A DNA stretch of 60,655 nucleotides, the filler included, from Basidiobolus ranarum (taxonomy: Eukaryota): NCBI GenBank assembly GCA_040143965.1. It is 16 parts of 16 records of this genome, joined end to end, with 100 filler letters (N's around TTAATTAATTAA, not from the genome) between each part and the next. Parts side by side here need not be neighbours in the genome. Positions count along the whole stretch, not along the records: positions 1 to 3,712 come from JASJQH010009197.1; positions 3,813 to 7,523 come from JASJQH010009198.1; positions 7,624 to 11,333 come from JASJQH010009199.1; 13 more parts are not named here. One strand, given 5' to 3'. A model generated the notes under the pieces. The model did no database searches and was not told the DNA's origin. It was given only the letters and a program-made list of their open reading frames with translations. Within the stretch, counting starts at the first letter, position 1; each line of letters starts with the position of its first letter. The position numbers and the translations under genes were made by a program. Shown piece after piece: positions 1 through 11,433 of this stretch.

Positions 1-1053
1 TGATTGTGGGATCTACTTTAGGACAGCACAGGACACTAAAGTGATACTTGCCTTATATGTAGATTCTCTGATTATAGCCACCAATAATGATGAAGCTCTC
101 AGGAACACCAAAACAGATCCATCAGTCTAATTCAAGATGACTGACCTTGATGAACTTATATACTTTTTGGCCTGCAAATCCATAGAGATGTATTAAGCAA
201 ATCTATTACTCTGAATCAATCTAAATACATCTCAGACATTCTCAGACATTACTGGATGGAGAATTGTCAGCCAGTAGCAATTCCTATGGATCTAGGTGTG
301 CAACTAGCAAAATTCTCATCCAAATGATGAAGATCAACCAAATATGGCTCAAAATATGTCATTTAAAAGCCAAGAGTTGCCTTATCAGTCTATGGTAGGT
401 AGTTTGATCTATGCTTTAACTGGAACCTGGCCAGATATCTCTTTTGCAGTGGGAGTAGTTAGCCAACATGTGCAAAACCCAGGATCTGAGCATTATGCAC
501 CAGTTGAGCAAATTTTTATATATCTGAAGGGGACAATTGATCTGGGATTAAGATAAACATATTCTTATGAGAATGTGGAGCAAATTGGGCTTAGTGATGC
601 AATTTGGGGATGTAATATTGAGGACAGAAGATCATTTTACTGGATACACCTTTCTCTATATTGTAGCAGCCATATCTTGGAATAGCAAGAAACAACCCAC
701 TGTAGCACTTTGAACAACTGAAGCAGAGCACATGGCAGCTTCAAATACAACAAAGAAGGCTATGTGGTTAAGAAAACTGCTCAAAGACTTGGCATTTTCA
801 AAGTTCTCACACCATAATTTTGAAGGATAACAAAAGTTATATTTCTTTAGCTAAAATTCCCAAGTTTCATGCTGGAAGTAAGCACCTTGACATTCAACAT
901 CACTTTGTTAGGGAAGCTTTTGAGATTAAGCACTTCCTATTAGAGTACTGTCGAACTGGGGACATGATTGCAGACATCCTTACTAAACTATTACCCAAGC
1001 CAAAGTTTGAAGAATTAAGCTTTAAGTTAGGATTTAGATATAAGAATATTTAG
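1..1053 (+). mobile_element. Ty1/copia (family A) reverse transcriptase-RNase H remnant, degenerate
   Basis: Copia motifs LALYVD, PYQSMVGSLIY, PTVAL*TTEAE and SKHLDIQHHFVRE...MIADILTKLL, with stops and frameshifts. Polypurine tract GAGGGGGAG at 1056-1064. Confidence 0.93.
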
Positions 1054-1064
1054 TTGAGGGGGAG

Positions 1065-1439
1065 TGCTGAAGTTTATTGTCTTTATCATATTTGTTATCT
1101 CTATCTTTATACACCTAACTATTTCATATATCACATTTAAGTTAGTTAAGATTACTTAGTTAAATAGCACCTAACTGCAAATCAGAGCATATATTATATA
1201 TAAATGTGAATATTGTGAGAATGAGCATTTCCATATTGGAAATTTCAAACTCATCTGAATTGCCCCAAAGAGAGCTCATTTTACTCCCACAGATGTTCTG
1301 AACACAATCCCAGTGTTAGTTCTCAGTATTGCCACCAAAATGTATAAATGCTTCATTTTTTGACAATAAATAATTATCTCATACAGCTACTAATAATTCC
1401 ACTTTTCAAAAGTTCCTCCAAGCATATTTTCCTAATACA
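1065..1439 (+). repeat. Copia family A 3' LTR
   Basis: Starts with TG directly after the PPT and ends with CA. Aligns as an inverted copy of 2968-3323. Confidence 0.85.
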
Positions 1440-2938
1440 ATAAAGGTCATAAAAAACTTTTTTCTGTCTAAGGGTTTTGTCTGCATTCGGTCACACAAAT
1501 CTGAGTGTATCAAGCCCAATTATTTATCACTTTTGCTCTTTCCAGAGCCCACAAATAGTTATGTATATTGCCTACCTTATAGGCAGCCTTTACATATCTC
1601 CAAATCCAGTGGAATTACAAAATCTGATCCCAAAACCATCTTGCCTTTGATTAAATTGTTCATAGTTTCAGCTCCTAGATGACCCAATCTCCTATGCAAG
1701 TTTTTCCAGTCTATCTCTTCAGCTGTGGCATTATTAAATTGTTCATATATTAGCTTAGTATATTGAAGTTTATAGAAGTTATTTTACTTAGCTCCAGAAG
1801 CTTTGTAGTTCTCTTTTGATCTCTATTGTACAGCTATTTTAATCAAAATTAAAGCTATATCCCTTGCATGTAGCTTTCTTCACTGATAAAAACTTTTTTG
1901 CTATTCCAGGCACATTTAGCGCATTTTCAGTGTCAAATTCATGTCCCCAGAGATGCCCCCAAGATTCACTTCAATTTCTCCCACTCCCAGTACTTCTAGT
2001 GGCCAGTCATCTCCCATATAAACCTTCTTGGTTATGTCAGCTTTGAGTGTCTCAAACCTGTTTTTTGGTTAGAGAAATATTGAGAGGTTCCAGAATCATT
2101 ATACCATGTCCTACAGTCTTGTTCAGAAGTTACTGATATGGCAGAAATGAATAAAACTTCTTCTTTGGTTGTAACCAGCTTTACTTATTCTGGCTTCTCA
2201 TATCTATGGTCATTTCTTGATTTGCAATCTTTTAACTTGTGTCCTGGTTTGTTACAACCATAGCATATGCTTGGTTTCCTTCTTCTGGAACCTTTGTACT
2301 TTCCAAAGCTTTATATTACAGGGGCAAAAAGAGCCACTTCCTCAGAATCTTTTTCCAAATTCTGACTTTTTAGGTGTTGCTCCATTAGTCTTGCCACCAC
2401 AAACTCCAAAGATGACTTCTCAGATCTTGCTTCAAAAGTTATGACCAAGTTTGAATACTATTCTGGTAGACTACTTAGCAGAGTCATAATGACATCTTCT
2501 TGCTGTAAAGTTGCACCAATATTTTCAGTTGTTTTGCCAAAGATCTCACATTTGAAATATGAGTAATTGTGCTTTCAGACTTTTCCATCTTTGTATTGAA
2601 AAATATTGGTCCAAGAAAAAATATATTAGCAAGACTCTTTGCTTCATAACACTTCCAATATAGTCCAAGCTTGATGGGAAGTCTTTGCATATTTAATATT
2701 CACAAGTTGTGAATCCTTCAAACTTTGACAAATGACACTAAAGCCCTTCTTGTCTCTTTTCTTGTAAGCTTCCACTAAATAAGGGTCAGAAGGTTTCTTT
2801 TCATCTCCAGAGGCTACATCCTAAATCTTCCTGTCTTCCAGCATGATTTTCATGTTAAACTTCCAGAAATTGTAATTTTCTCCATCAAGCATTTCAATCC
2901 TTGAGTTAACAAAAAGTGATAGTAGTGGCTTCTGTCAT
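1440..2938 (-). mobile_element. Ty1/copia family A gag-protease-integrase 5' half, degenerate
   Basis: Minus-strand gag start MTEATT followed by an IEMLDGENYNFWKF-type motif, pre-integrase LHRRLGHL (~1680) and integrase LGLIHSDLC (~1500). Confidence 0.85.
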
Positions 2939-2967
2939 GCTGTAAAGGTTAGAATATGGGGCTCATA

Positions 2968-3323
2968 TGGAGGAATTTTAGAAAAGTGGAGTTCTGAATA
3001 GCTCTGTGAGATAATTATTAATTGTCAAAAAAGAAGGATTTAAACATTTTGGTGGAAATACAGAATACAAACACTGGGGTTGTGTTCAGAATATCCACGG
3101 GAGTAAAATGAGCTATCTTTGTGCTATTTGGATGGGTTTGAAATTTCCAATATGCAATTGCTAATTCTCACATAATTCACATTTATATATAATATATGTT
3201 CTGATTTGCAGTTAAGTGATATTTGACTAAGTAATCTTAACTAACTTAACTGTGATATATAAAATAGTTAGGTATATATATATATATAGATAACAAATAT
3301 GATAGAGACATCAAACTCCAACA
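2968..3323 (-). repeat. Copia family A 5' LTR (3'-truncated) with PBS remnant at 2959-2967
   Basis: Reverse complement begins TGTTGG and matches 1065-1420. It is followed on the minus strand by TATGAGCCC. Confidence 0.85.
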
Positions 3324-3601
3324 GCTTTTGTTAAGTTTTTCTATGAAGCCTCCAGCTTTAATAGCACAAGAATTTGTCACAATAATAGCAGGGCTTCTTT
3401 AAATGTCTGTGTTGGGAAATGAGCAGGAAATTGTAGAAAAAAGAACTCCTCCTATGTAAGGGTGGTATTTTAGATATATCACTTCAATATCATCTGCTGA
3501 TTTTGAGAGGGTGTCATAGATGAGTCATCATGGGATTTACAAGCTATTTCCATGATGGATGACAATTTTGGTTCATCATAAGCTGTTTCTAACCATTTCA
3601 T
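3324..3601 (-). mobile_element. CACTA/EnSpm-like element fragment (transposase 5' end and spacer)
   Basis: Aligns with ~51555-51825. Confidence 0.8.
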
Positions 3602-3712
3602 TGTTGAAATTAGGTAAATAGCAACTCATTATTTAGTAGTTAGTTTATTCATATTCTGATTATTTAGCACTCAATTCTGTTATTCAAAAACGTGTGTTTA
3701 TTGCTCTAATTG
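3602..3712 (+). repeat. Copia family B LTR, 5' part (cut by contig end)
   Basis: TGTTGAAATTAGGTAAATAGCAACTC start shared with 4503. Confidence 0.85.
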
Positions 3713-3812
3713 NNNNNNNNNNNNNNNNNNNNNNNNNNNNNNNNNNNNNNNNNNNNTTAATTAATTAANNNNNNNNNNNNNNNNNNNNNNNNNNNNNNNN
3801 NNNNNNNNNNNN
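3713..3812. other. Artificial contig linker N44-TTAATTAATTAA-N44 (first of 15)
   Basis: Same 100-bp six-frame-stop spacer recurs at 7524, 11334, 15141, 18947, 22751, 26554, 30354, 34152, 37947, 41740, 45528, 49313, 53097 and 56880. Confidence 0.98.
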
Positions 3813-4480
3813 TTCTCTTATCTATTGATCATGGGTGGTTAAATATATAAAATGGTGGGAACACTCTTAAACGTTGCTGCAGCAGTAGGAACTGTTAGCC
3901 AATATCTCAAAAATCCATGATCTGTGCACCAAACTGCTGCAAAACAAATAATAAGGTATTTAAGAGGAGATGTAGATCTAGTTTTGAAATATTCTTGCAC
4001 TTCAGACACATGAATTTTTGAATGTTACAGTGATGCAGATTGGGAAAGAAACCCTGATGATAGAAGATCAACAACTGGGTATATTTTTCCCTATTGTTAT
4101 GGAGCCATAACTTGGAATAGTAACAAGCAGCCAATCATAGCACTCTTTACTACAGAGGCAGATTATATGGCTGCCTCTGCTACTACACAACAAGCTATGC
4201 AGTTGAGAAAGTTATTTACAGACTTAGGATAAATGCAAAAACATGCTATTACTGCATTGAAGAGAATCAAAGTTGTATTTGATTAACTAAAAACCCTTCA
4301 TTTCATGCTCAAACAAAACCTATAGATATTGTGCATCATTTTATTTGAGAAGAAATAGAGAATGCTATCATTCAACTTGTCTATTGCTCCAGTGAACAAA
4401 TGATTGCTGATGTTATAACCAAACCTGAAGCTATAGCATGATTGAATTATCAAGATAAAAGTCAGGTTCAAGAGAAATAG
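3813..4480 (+). mobile_element. Ty1/copia family B RT C-terminus/RNase H remnant
   Basis: YLLIMGGL, ALFTTEADYMAAS and TKPIDIVHHFI*EE...MIADVITKP motifs. Confidence 0.9.
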
Positions 4481-4502
4481 AAAATAGTTTTTTAAGTAGG
4501 AT

Positions 4503-4841
4503 TGTTGAAATTAGGTAAATAGCAACTCATAATTTTGTTGTTAGTTTATTCATATTTTGATTATTTAGCACTCAATTCTGCCATTCAAAAGCAAGTGTTT
4601 ATTGCTCTGACTGATAGAAATATCAATTAGATCACTTTATCCAATTTTCACTATTTTCTCAAAACTTCTTCAAATTGTTGAAATCTTCACACATTTATAA
4701 CAGTCATGTTTCTTCTGATCTAATAGTCAATTTTGTAGTAAACTACAAATAGGACATATCCAAATCAATAAAACTTAAGTGTCTAATTCACAAATTCAAA
4801 TCTTGTCCAAAACACTTCCAATTACATTACTGCTTTTATCA
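4503..4841 (+). repeat. Copia family B 3' LTR
   Basis: TGTTG...ATCA. Homologous to 38562-38910 and 39003-39351 (+) and to 20384-20734 and 58988-59322 (-). Confidence 0.85.
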
Positions 4842-5699
4842 TTTTTCACATTGATAATTGAATACATTTTGAGAAGCTTCATGAATACGCCTATACTAGC
4901 CCAATTGCCATTTGCTTATAAAAGCCCATGATAAGCCACTTGAAATAAGTCAAGAACCATCAGCATAACACCTGGTTGCTGGTTTTCCTGATTGGCTTGA
5001 ATTGAGGTAATTTTGGGCAATATTCCACACAGTTTCCAGTGTGTTAATCCATTCATTATCAAAGCAAGTGATAGCATCTTGGTAAATCAGAGTTTGTTGG
5101 TTTGCTAATTTTTCTATGAGATTTCTACTTTTATGTGCCCTAGCAATTTTGGGTCATTTCATGGGCTTAATGGTCTCACACATTTTCTGCTTGCTTGATT
5201 GTCACAGTGACATTCATATGTAAAGTGTGGGACTGATTGAAATGCCATATGAGAATGGACAGAGGGATCAGCATGTTGCTGTAGCTCAAGTATAACATCC
5301 TGAAGTTCTTGTGTGATTGTTGAGTGGTTCTCTTATTGTTAACTAATTGCTTTGGAATACTGCATTAAATGCAATATGGCAGCATTATTGCTTGAAATGT
5401 GCTGTGTAGCAACTTCCTAGGTTTTGCTTATGATTGCATACAAATCATTACAATATTCTGCCTGAGATTCCCTTGTTATAATAATTCAACTCAATTTGTC
5501 TACAGAGGGGTTTCAGTAGCTGGCAAAGTAGGCATTTTAGAAGGTGATAGTCTTGATGTGATTTCCATTGAGCTTTGCTCAATTGCTGATTTACTACACC
5601 AAGGGGGATTATCTGTGTTTCACTTGCACTAATGCTAGAAAGGAATGCATCTTGAATATTGCTTAACAATTCCTTATTACTAGTGTTAGTTTCCAGCTG
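4842..5699 (-). mobile_element. CACTA-like element ORF2 remnant
   Basis: Reverse complement aligns with ~52000-52860. Confidence 0.85.
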
Positions 5700-6543
5700 G
5701 CCTAACAGAGTTAAAATTGATTTGATCTGGATTGGAAACACCCTTGTGAATTGTAAAACCATCAGAGAACCATCAAAATACTGGTGGCTTGCATTCTGCC
5801 ATGGATATTGATGGTCAGATGGTGGCATTCTGATAGTATTTTGACAGTATGCATAAATGGTAAAAATGATCCTCATATTTGGCATGCATTGTTTAATTTC
5901 AAACAATTTTGCAGAGAACTGTTCTACAAGTGGTGAATTGTGGGGTTTACTGCTATAGTAATTCACATTGATATGCATGCCTATATCTACAAATCTTAGG
6001 CCTTGTATTCCAGCCATTATAGGAATCAAAATACAAGAATGTAGTTGTGTTTAAACTCTACATATGCACATACTTGACGGATCAGACATAACTCAACAAC
6101 ATCAATATGCTTTACCAACAAACTAATGATGGAAAAAATGCTGCACATCAGAAATTCTTAATAGCACTGATGCTTGGCAAATAGCTGTCTCTTGTTACCA
6201 TTTACAATGAGTGTAAGCTGTTGGTTTTGGAAAATTTCTGCAAAGAATTTGGCCAAAATTTCTTCAACTTGTAGCCAACAAATGTCCTGCCACAAGTATA
6301 TGTGTTATTGCTGGAATAGATTATCCCATGGCTAAAACTACAAAACTGCTAATCTTGATTTATCTCATCAAGAAGTCTGTCTTGCAGCTTTTCTTGAAAA
6401 ACTGTCAGATTATCACATGAACAAATTAGTCCAAATTAAAGAGGTACCTACTCAATAGCCTTTGATTGGGTTTTGTTGCTAATATAGTGCTAAAACAATG
6501 CAAAAACCTGTGAGCACATTAAAAAGGGCCTTTAGTTGGAAGG
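5700..6543 (-). mobile_element. CACTA-like element terminus plus transposase C-terminal remnant
   Basis: Begins (G)CCTAACAGAGTTAAAATTGATTTGATC. The remainder aligns with 19250-20082 (reverse) and 49413-49775. Confidence 0.85.
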
Positions 6544-6995
6544 TGTCATTATTCTAATCTTGACATACCCATCAACTGCAAATAGAATCTGCCAAATCTT
6601 ATATTATAACAGCAGACCTGCTGTGCCATCCTTTCTTGGCAATCTTGTGCTAGTTCAACAAAGCTACCTTATATGGAAGACAGGTTTTTTGGAATAATCC
6701 ACAAAACATACACATATTGGTCCTTGTAGTCCCCAACATCCCAACTCTTGAACTTGCCACATTATATTCCCTATTCATTATATTATGTTTCACCTTGCAA
6801 TATCTACATAAGCCCTATGTATTCCTTGATCAGACCTCAGTCTGATCAATGCCAGTTATCAATCAAGATACTTGCCAAAGTTTCTGCCCTGTCCAGTCTT
6901 GTTTTGTCTTGCTTTGTGGTCTACACCCAAATACCTTCCTGTATTCTAGCCTCTTGTCTCTGCTTCTGGTACTTGACCAGCTCCTTGTTGTGACA
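6544..6995 (+). repeat. Ty3/gypsy-type LTR (family D) followed by putative self-priming PBS
   Basis: TGTCA...TGACA termini, homologous to the solo LTR at 59740-60289. TTGATCAGAC at 6998-7007 is complementary to LTR-internal GTCTGATCAA at 6840-6849. Confidence 0.8.
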
Positions 6996-7098
6996 GTTTG
7001 ATCAGACCACTTACATTTGCTTTCAGACCTCTATGTATCCTTGTTATCTGATATTGAAACCCCCAAGGTTGGCTTCCCTCTTATTACTCATCTCTGCC

Positions 7099-7523
7099 TC
7101 CTAACAAAAATAAAATTGATTTGATCCGGATCAGATCCACCCTCCAAAATAGCAAAACCATCAGAGAACCGTCACAATATTGTTGGCTTGCATTCTGCCA
7201 AGGATTTTAATGGTGTGATGGTGGCTTGTTGATGGTATCTTAAAGGTATTCATACATGTTAAAATATTGATCCTCAAATTTGGCATGCGCTATTCAATAT
7301 CCAGCAATTTTTGCAAAAATATAATTTTTGAATGGCAAATTATTGGATTTACTGCTGTAGGAATTCAAATTAATATGCATGCCTTTATTTAGATATTTTA
7401 GGCTTTGTATTTCAGCCATAATGAGAATCAAAAAATACAAGAATATTGTTGTGTTTAGTCTCTACATATGCACATATTTGACTGATTAGACATAACTCAA
7501 CAACATCAATATGCTTTACCAGC
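7099..7523 (-). mobile_element. CACTA-like element terminus (second copy in this contig)
   Basis: TCCTAACAAAAATAAAATTGATTTGATCCGGATC... matches 5700, 41591 and the reverse of 20082. Confidence 0.85.
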
Positions 7524-9581
7524 NNNNNNNNNNNNNNNNNNNNNNNNNNNNNNNNNNNNNNNNNNNNTTAATTAATTAANNNNNNNNNNNNNNNNNNNNN
7601 NNNNNNNNNNNNNNNNNNNNNNNAAGCGCATCCATCTCCATAAACCAAAATAGAAGTGCATGGCAGTTGGGTAACTAATATCATACATTTGGCAATTCGA
7701 TCCATCATAAATATCAATTGCTCTAAGAAGATCTCCAAGCAGAAAAAAGGCTGCTAACAGTCGCTATTCAGGGATTTGTTTATGCTGTCGGAATCCCAGG
7801 CAAATACTCGATAGAAACTTGATTTGGAGAGACTCAGAATCTAGATCATGATACTACCTTGGATGTGTTACTACATCAACCATTGAGTGTTGATAATAGT
7901 GCAGTTGTTCCGGGTTACTCCATCACTCCTCAAAGCCAAACTCATATTAATCAAGATTTCGATGGCACATGCCCCAACATCTCTATCACATTTAAGCAGT
8001 GATGAGACCTCCTCTCGTCAATGCCGACAGGCAGATGAGTCTTTGCAAGTGGGTAAACCTAATTTCGTAGGACAAATATCGGATTTCAGAAATACCAATG
8101 TTTGCTGAATTGTGTATAATCATGATGATTCTGTTGTCCTTGACAAACCCTTCTCATTATTGGAATTCTAGTCTGTTGTTAGTAAGTGGAAGCTGGGCGT
8201 TGTACTCCCTGGATGACTTGAAAACAATGCACAGAAGTCTCTGTGCGAACAGATGCGATGAAGAGATACCATTCACGTAGTGAATTCATATGAAAAACAC
8301 GAAGTGCGATTAGGCGCGATACTGAACTTGGTCTATTCTTAATGATATGTGCAGTGCAAGATCACTGCTGATCTTACTCAATTATCACGTGAGGAAAATA
8401 TTGATTTCCCTTACGTTACAAAGGTGAATCATAGTAAGACTTATACCAAAAGTAGCTGGAGCCCATTTTCCTTTATTTCTCTACTACGCCAAATTCTGTG
8501 TTTACCCAATATTGAGTGTTCTCTACTCACAGAAATCTGCACTGAAAGCAGTGCCAATCTTCGGTCAAAACAATGTGTACTCGTTCTAGAACCTGAGGCA
8601 GATTTGCTGGAGGATGTGATGCTACAAGTATAGGTCTGGTAAAGGTTTAGCGTCGTCACAATCATTAACTATTGATATACTCAGTCTATATACCCACCAA
8701 GCCAAGAGTTGCATGAACAGCCCATGTTTTCGGAGTGTAAATACAACTGAATGTATTTACAGCGATTGCATCTCCACTATGAAATGCCATAAAATTGGTG
8801 GGTTCTTCTCAGCAGCCTAGACTAGCAGGGTTTCACCAATGTATCACTAGCATTTAATACCTCAATGCAAGATCTTTTCTTCCCCCTCCAAGCTCCAGCT
8901 TTGTTGAGCGATGTAGATTCGGGTAAAAGAGCGTGAGGCTTTCCGTTGCAGAATCATAGTGTCTCATTTACCATCAAAGGTGAAATCAAACTTACCTCGA
9001 TCAAACCAATACAGTGTCATAACACAAGACTTTTCTAAGGAATGCTGATGGATGCCGGGTTTTTTCGATTCTGTCTCCTTTGGAATATCACTTACTCTTT
9101 AAATGTATGGGTTGATAGCAAATCATCTCGTTGTCATATGCTGGTGATTGGTTCAAGAGTCGATCAAAACGTGGAGATTTACTACCTATTCCTAAATTTA
9201 GAGCCTGGAGATATTAAGCATCATCAATAGAGGCTCAAAAGAGCAAAGCAATCACCAAAGTGGTCCTCCATTCATGACTTTCGATGATTTGAGTGGCTAT
9301 TTCTAGTTACTTCTCAAGGGAACTCGGACATCACCGGTTTGCTTGGGTACATTCAAACTAAATTAATTGGGAGCATATGCCAAAATATTATCGAGTATAG
9401 AAATAACTGTTCTGTTTCTTATAACTAACCCATTTAGAAACTTGCTGTAGTACGAACTCGGCTCTGGTAGTTCGAAAAGGTTACTGACAAGCTTTATAAG
9501 AGGTCAATGCGGGCATTGTGAATGATACTAAGATATCACCTTTTCCTCATATCTCTTATTACATTGATCCGTAAAGATACC

Positions 9582-9974
9582 ATGACCATAAAGCCAATAG
9601 ATCAGCCTGTTCTTGACGAAGCCTCTTTGGCATTGGTATTGTCCTCCTTTCATGAATATAATCTGGCTGACACACGGATCAACAACTATTTCAGAAACTT
9701 AAACATGCAAACGGTGCTTTCTATGCAAGCAAAGTTTTTAAGTCATGCTCTAGGTGGGCCAAAACTAAACCACAAGATTATGAGCATGAACCATCGCCAC
9801 CTCAAGTTGCAAGATTGCCATTTCGACGCAGTGATGAATAATCTACACAAAGCCCTGAGAGATCATAAACTAGACGAGTCCGAAATCGAACATGTTCTCA
9901 CAGCGGCAGAAGGGACCCGCGATAGTATGCTTGGGAGAAATACTCGTAAACCATCCTTATACAACATGGATTGA
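9582..9974 (+). CDS. Group I truncated (2/2) hemoglobin, intronless, 130 aa
   Basis: LADTRINNYF, QAKFLSHALGGP, proximal His in MSMNHRHL, HFDAVMNNL..AL and TRDSML match the trHbN/GlbN pattern. TATAAG box at ~9495. ATG 9582 preferred over 9522. Confidence 0.88.
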   Translation: MTIKPIDQPVLDEASLALVLSSFHEYNLADTRINNYFRNLNMQTVLSMQAKFLSHALGGPKLNHKIMSMNHRHLKLQDCHFDAVMNNLHKALRDHKLDESEIEHVLTAAEGTRDSMLGRNTRKPSLYNMD

Positions 9975-11433
9975 TATGTTCTAAGTCATGTTGCCTGTTG
10001 TCATGGAGGAGTCATTATAATTTGGAATGCCAGCCCTCTATTATATTCAGCTCGTTCTCACAAATCGTTACAGTTAACTGACTGCTCGATTTTAGAATCC
10101 CGAATGTATTATATTATTTTACCTTTTATCATCAATTAGTTTCTGAGTTACCTAGATATATAATTACGCTTTATGATGTTCAAGTTATTTACATTATCAG
10201 TATCGCATTTATTAAAGCTCAAATCTAGTCAAAAAATCCTTCTAACGGAGCTTTGAGTTGTACTTCGTGAATGTTCGCTTATTTTTATGTTCTAATTGGG
10301 TCAACACGAACGGCTGTAGAGATTCCTTAGCTACAATCGGCGACAAAACACTCACTAGCAATCAAATGAACAAAACCATTACAATGTACTTTAAAGTATT
10401 ATACCTTGAAGCATAGATTTACTAGATCATGGTTTGCAGAATCTCATAATGAACACGAAGAAATGTATCTTGACAAAAAATGACAATTTGCTCTTCATAG
10501 TAGTCTTGAGACAGTAAATCAAGCTGACTTTCTACGGATTACATCGAAATTATTTAGTTCTCGAAAGATATGATTAAGTACGATAGAAAGTTGTTCTAAC
10601 AACGCGCCTCTATCCATAAGACTATCTAGTCGACTCACTCTTTGACCACCTACAAGTCAACGATTTACGAGCAAAAATTTAGATTAATCGATTTTGATTT
10701 CTATTATGGACGCAGGTGGACGGTACCTCAGACTGGCTGCGGAATTTCTATTCCTTTGTTTATGAAATCTGCAGATAACAAGGGTCGCGATCAAGAATAT
10801 CAACAAGAATTCAAAGTTGAGATTAAAAAAAGGATCCAAATTATTTGGAACGTTGAATATTGTCATTACGATCGAAGAATTTGCGCCGCAGTTAAGGTCG
10901 AAATTGCTCAAGATTCCAGTAAATTTAATAAATTTGTATCCTTTGCTCGGGCTGATTGGATGACTTGACTAAGGGAGTCAAGGTTATTTAATCTTGTTTG
11001 TACACAGATAACTCCCATTCTACTCGTATCTTGTACTATATTCCCTTTACACAATTTTTAGCTGTCTTGTATCCTTTGCACCAATTTTTCTTTGTATCTT
11101 CGAATAGTATTACTTTGTAGATCTTTGTGTGTTTGAGACTAGAGTTAGCGTGAAATATGAGACGAAGTCAAGCCCCAAGTCAGGTGCAACCCAACGTAGG
11201 TACACCTACTACTCCACGCTTCAATTCTCCTTTCAAACTCGGAAAGCCTAAAAGCTTGCCCGCCACACTCTCTACTACACCTTCAAAGCCACGTAGACTA
11301 GTAGTCTCACGCGCTTAAAAACACATCACTCCANNNNNNNNNNNNNNNNNNNNNNNNNNNNNNNNNNNNNNNNNNNNTTAATTAATTAANNNNNNNNNNN
11401 NNNNNNNNNNNNNNNNNNNNNNNNNNNNNNNNN

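Noticed and set aside
1065-3323. Long inverted repeats suggesting a TIR or DIRS element
   Set aside because: They are LTRs of two oppositely oriented copia copies: one follows a PPT, the other precedes a PBS and gag.
3757-3768. Regularly spaced TTAATTAATTAA palindrome (~3.8-kb period) as a biological repeat or array
   Set aside because: Always centred in exactly 88 Ns. It is an artificial six-frame-stop linker.
5448-6029. 193-aa minus-strand ORF
   Set aside because: Chimeric read-through from the non-coding CACTA end across the 5700 junction into ORF2.
7624-9400. Several 60-94 aa ORFs upstream of the globin, and 10642-10968 downstream
   Set aside because: No recognisable motifs or consistent splice structure.
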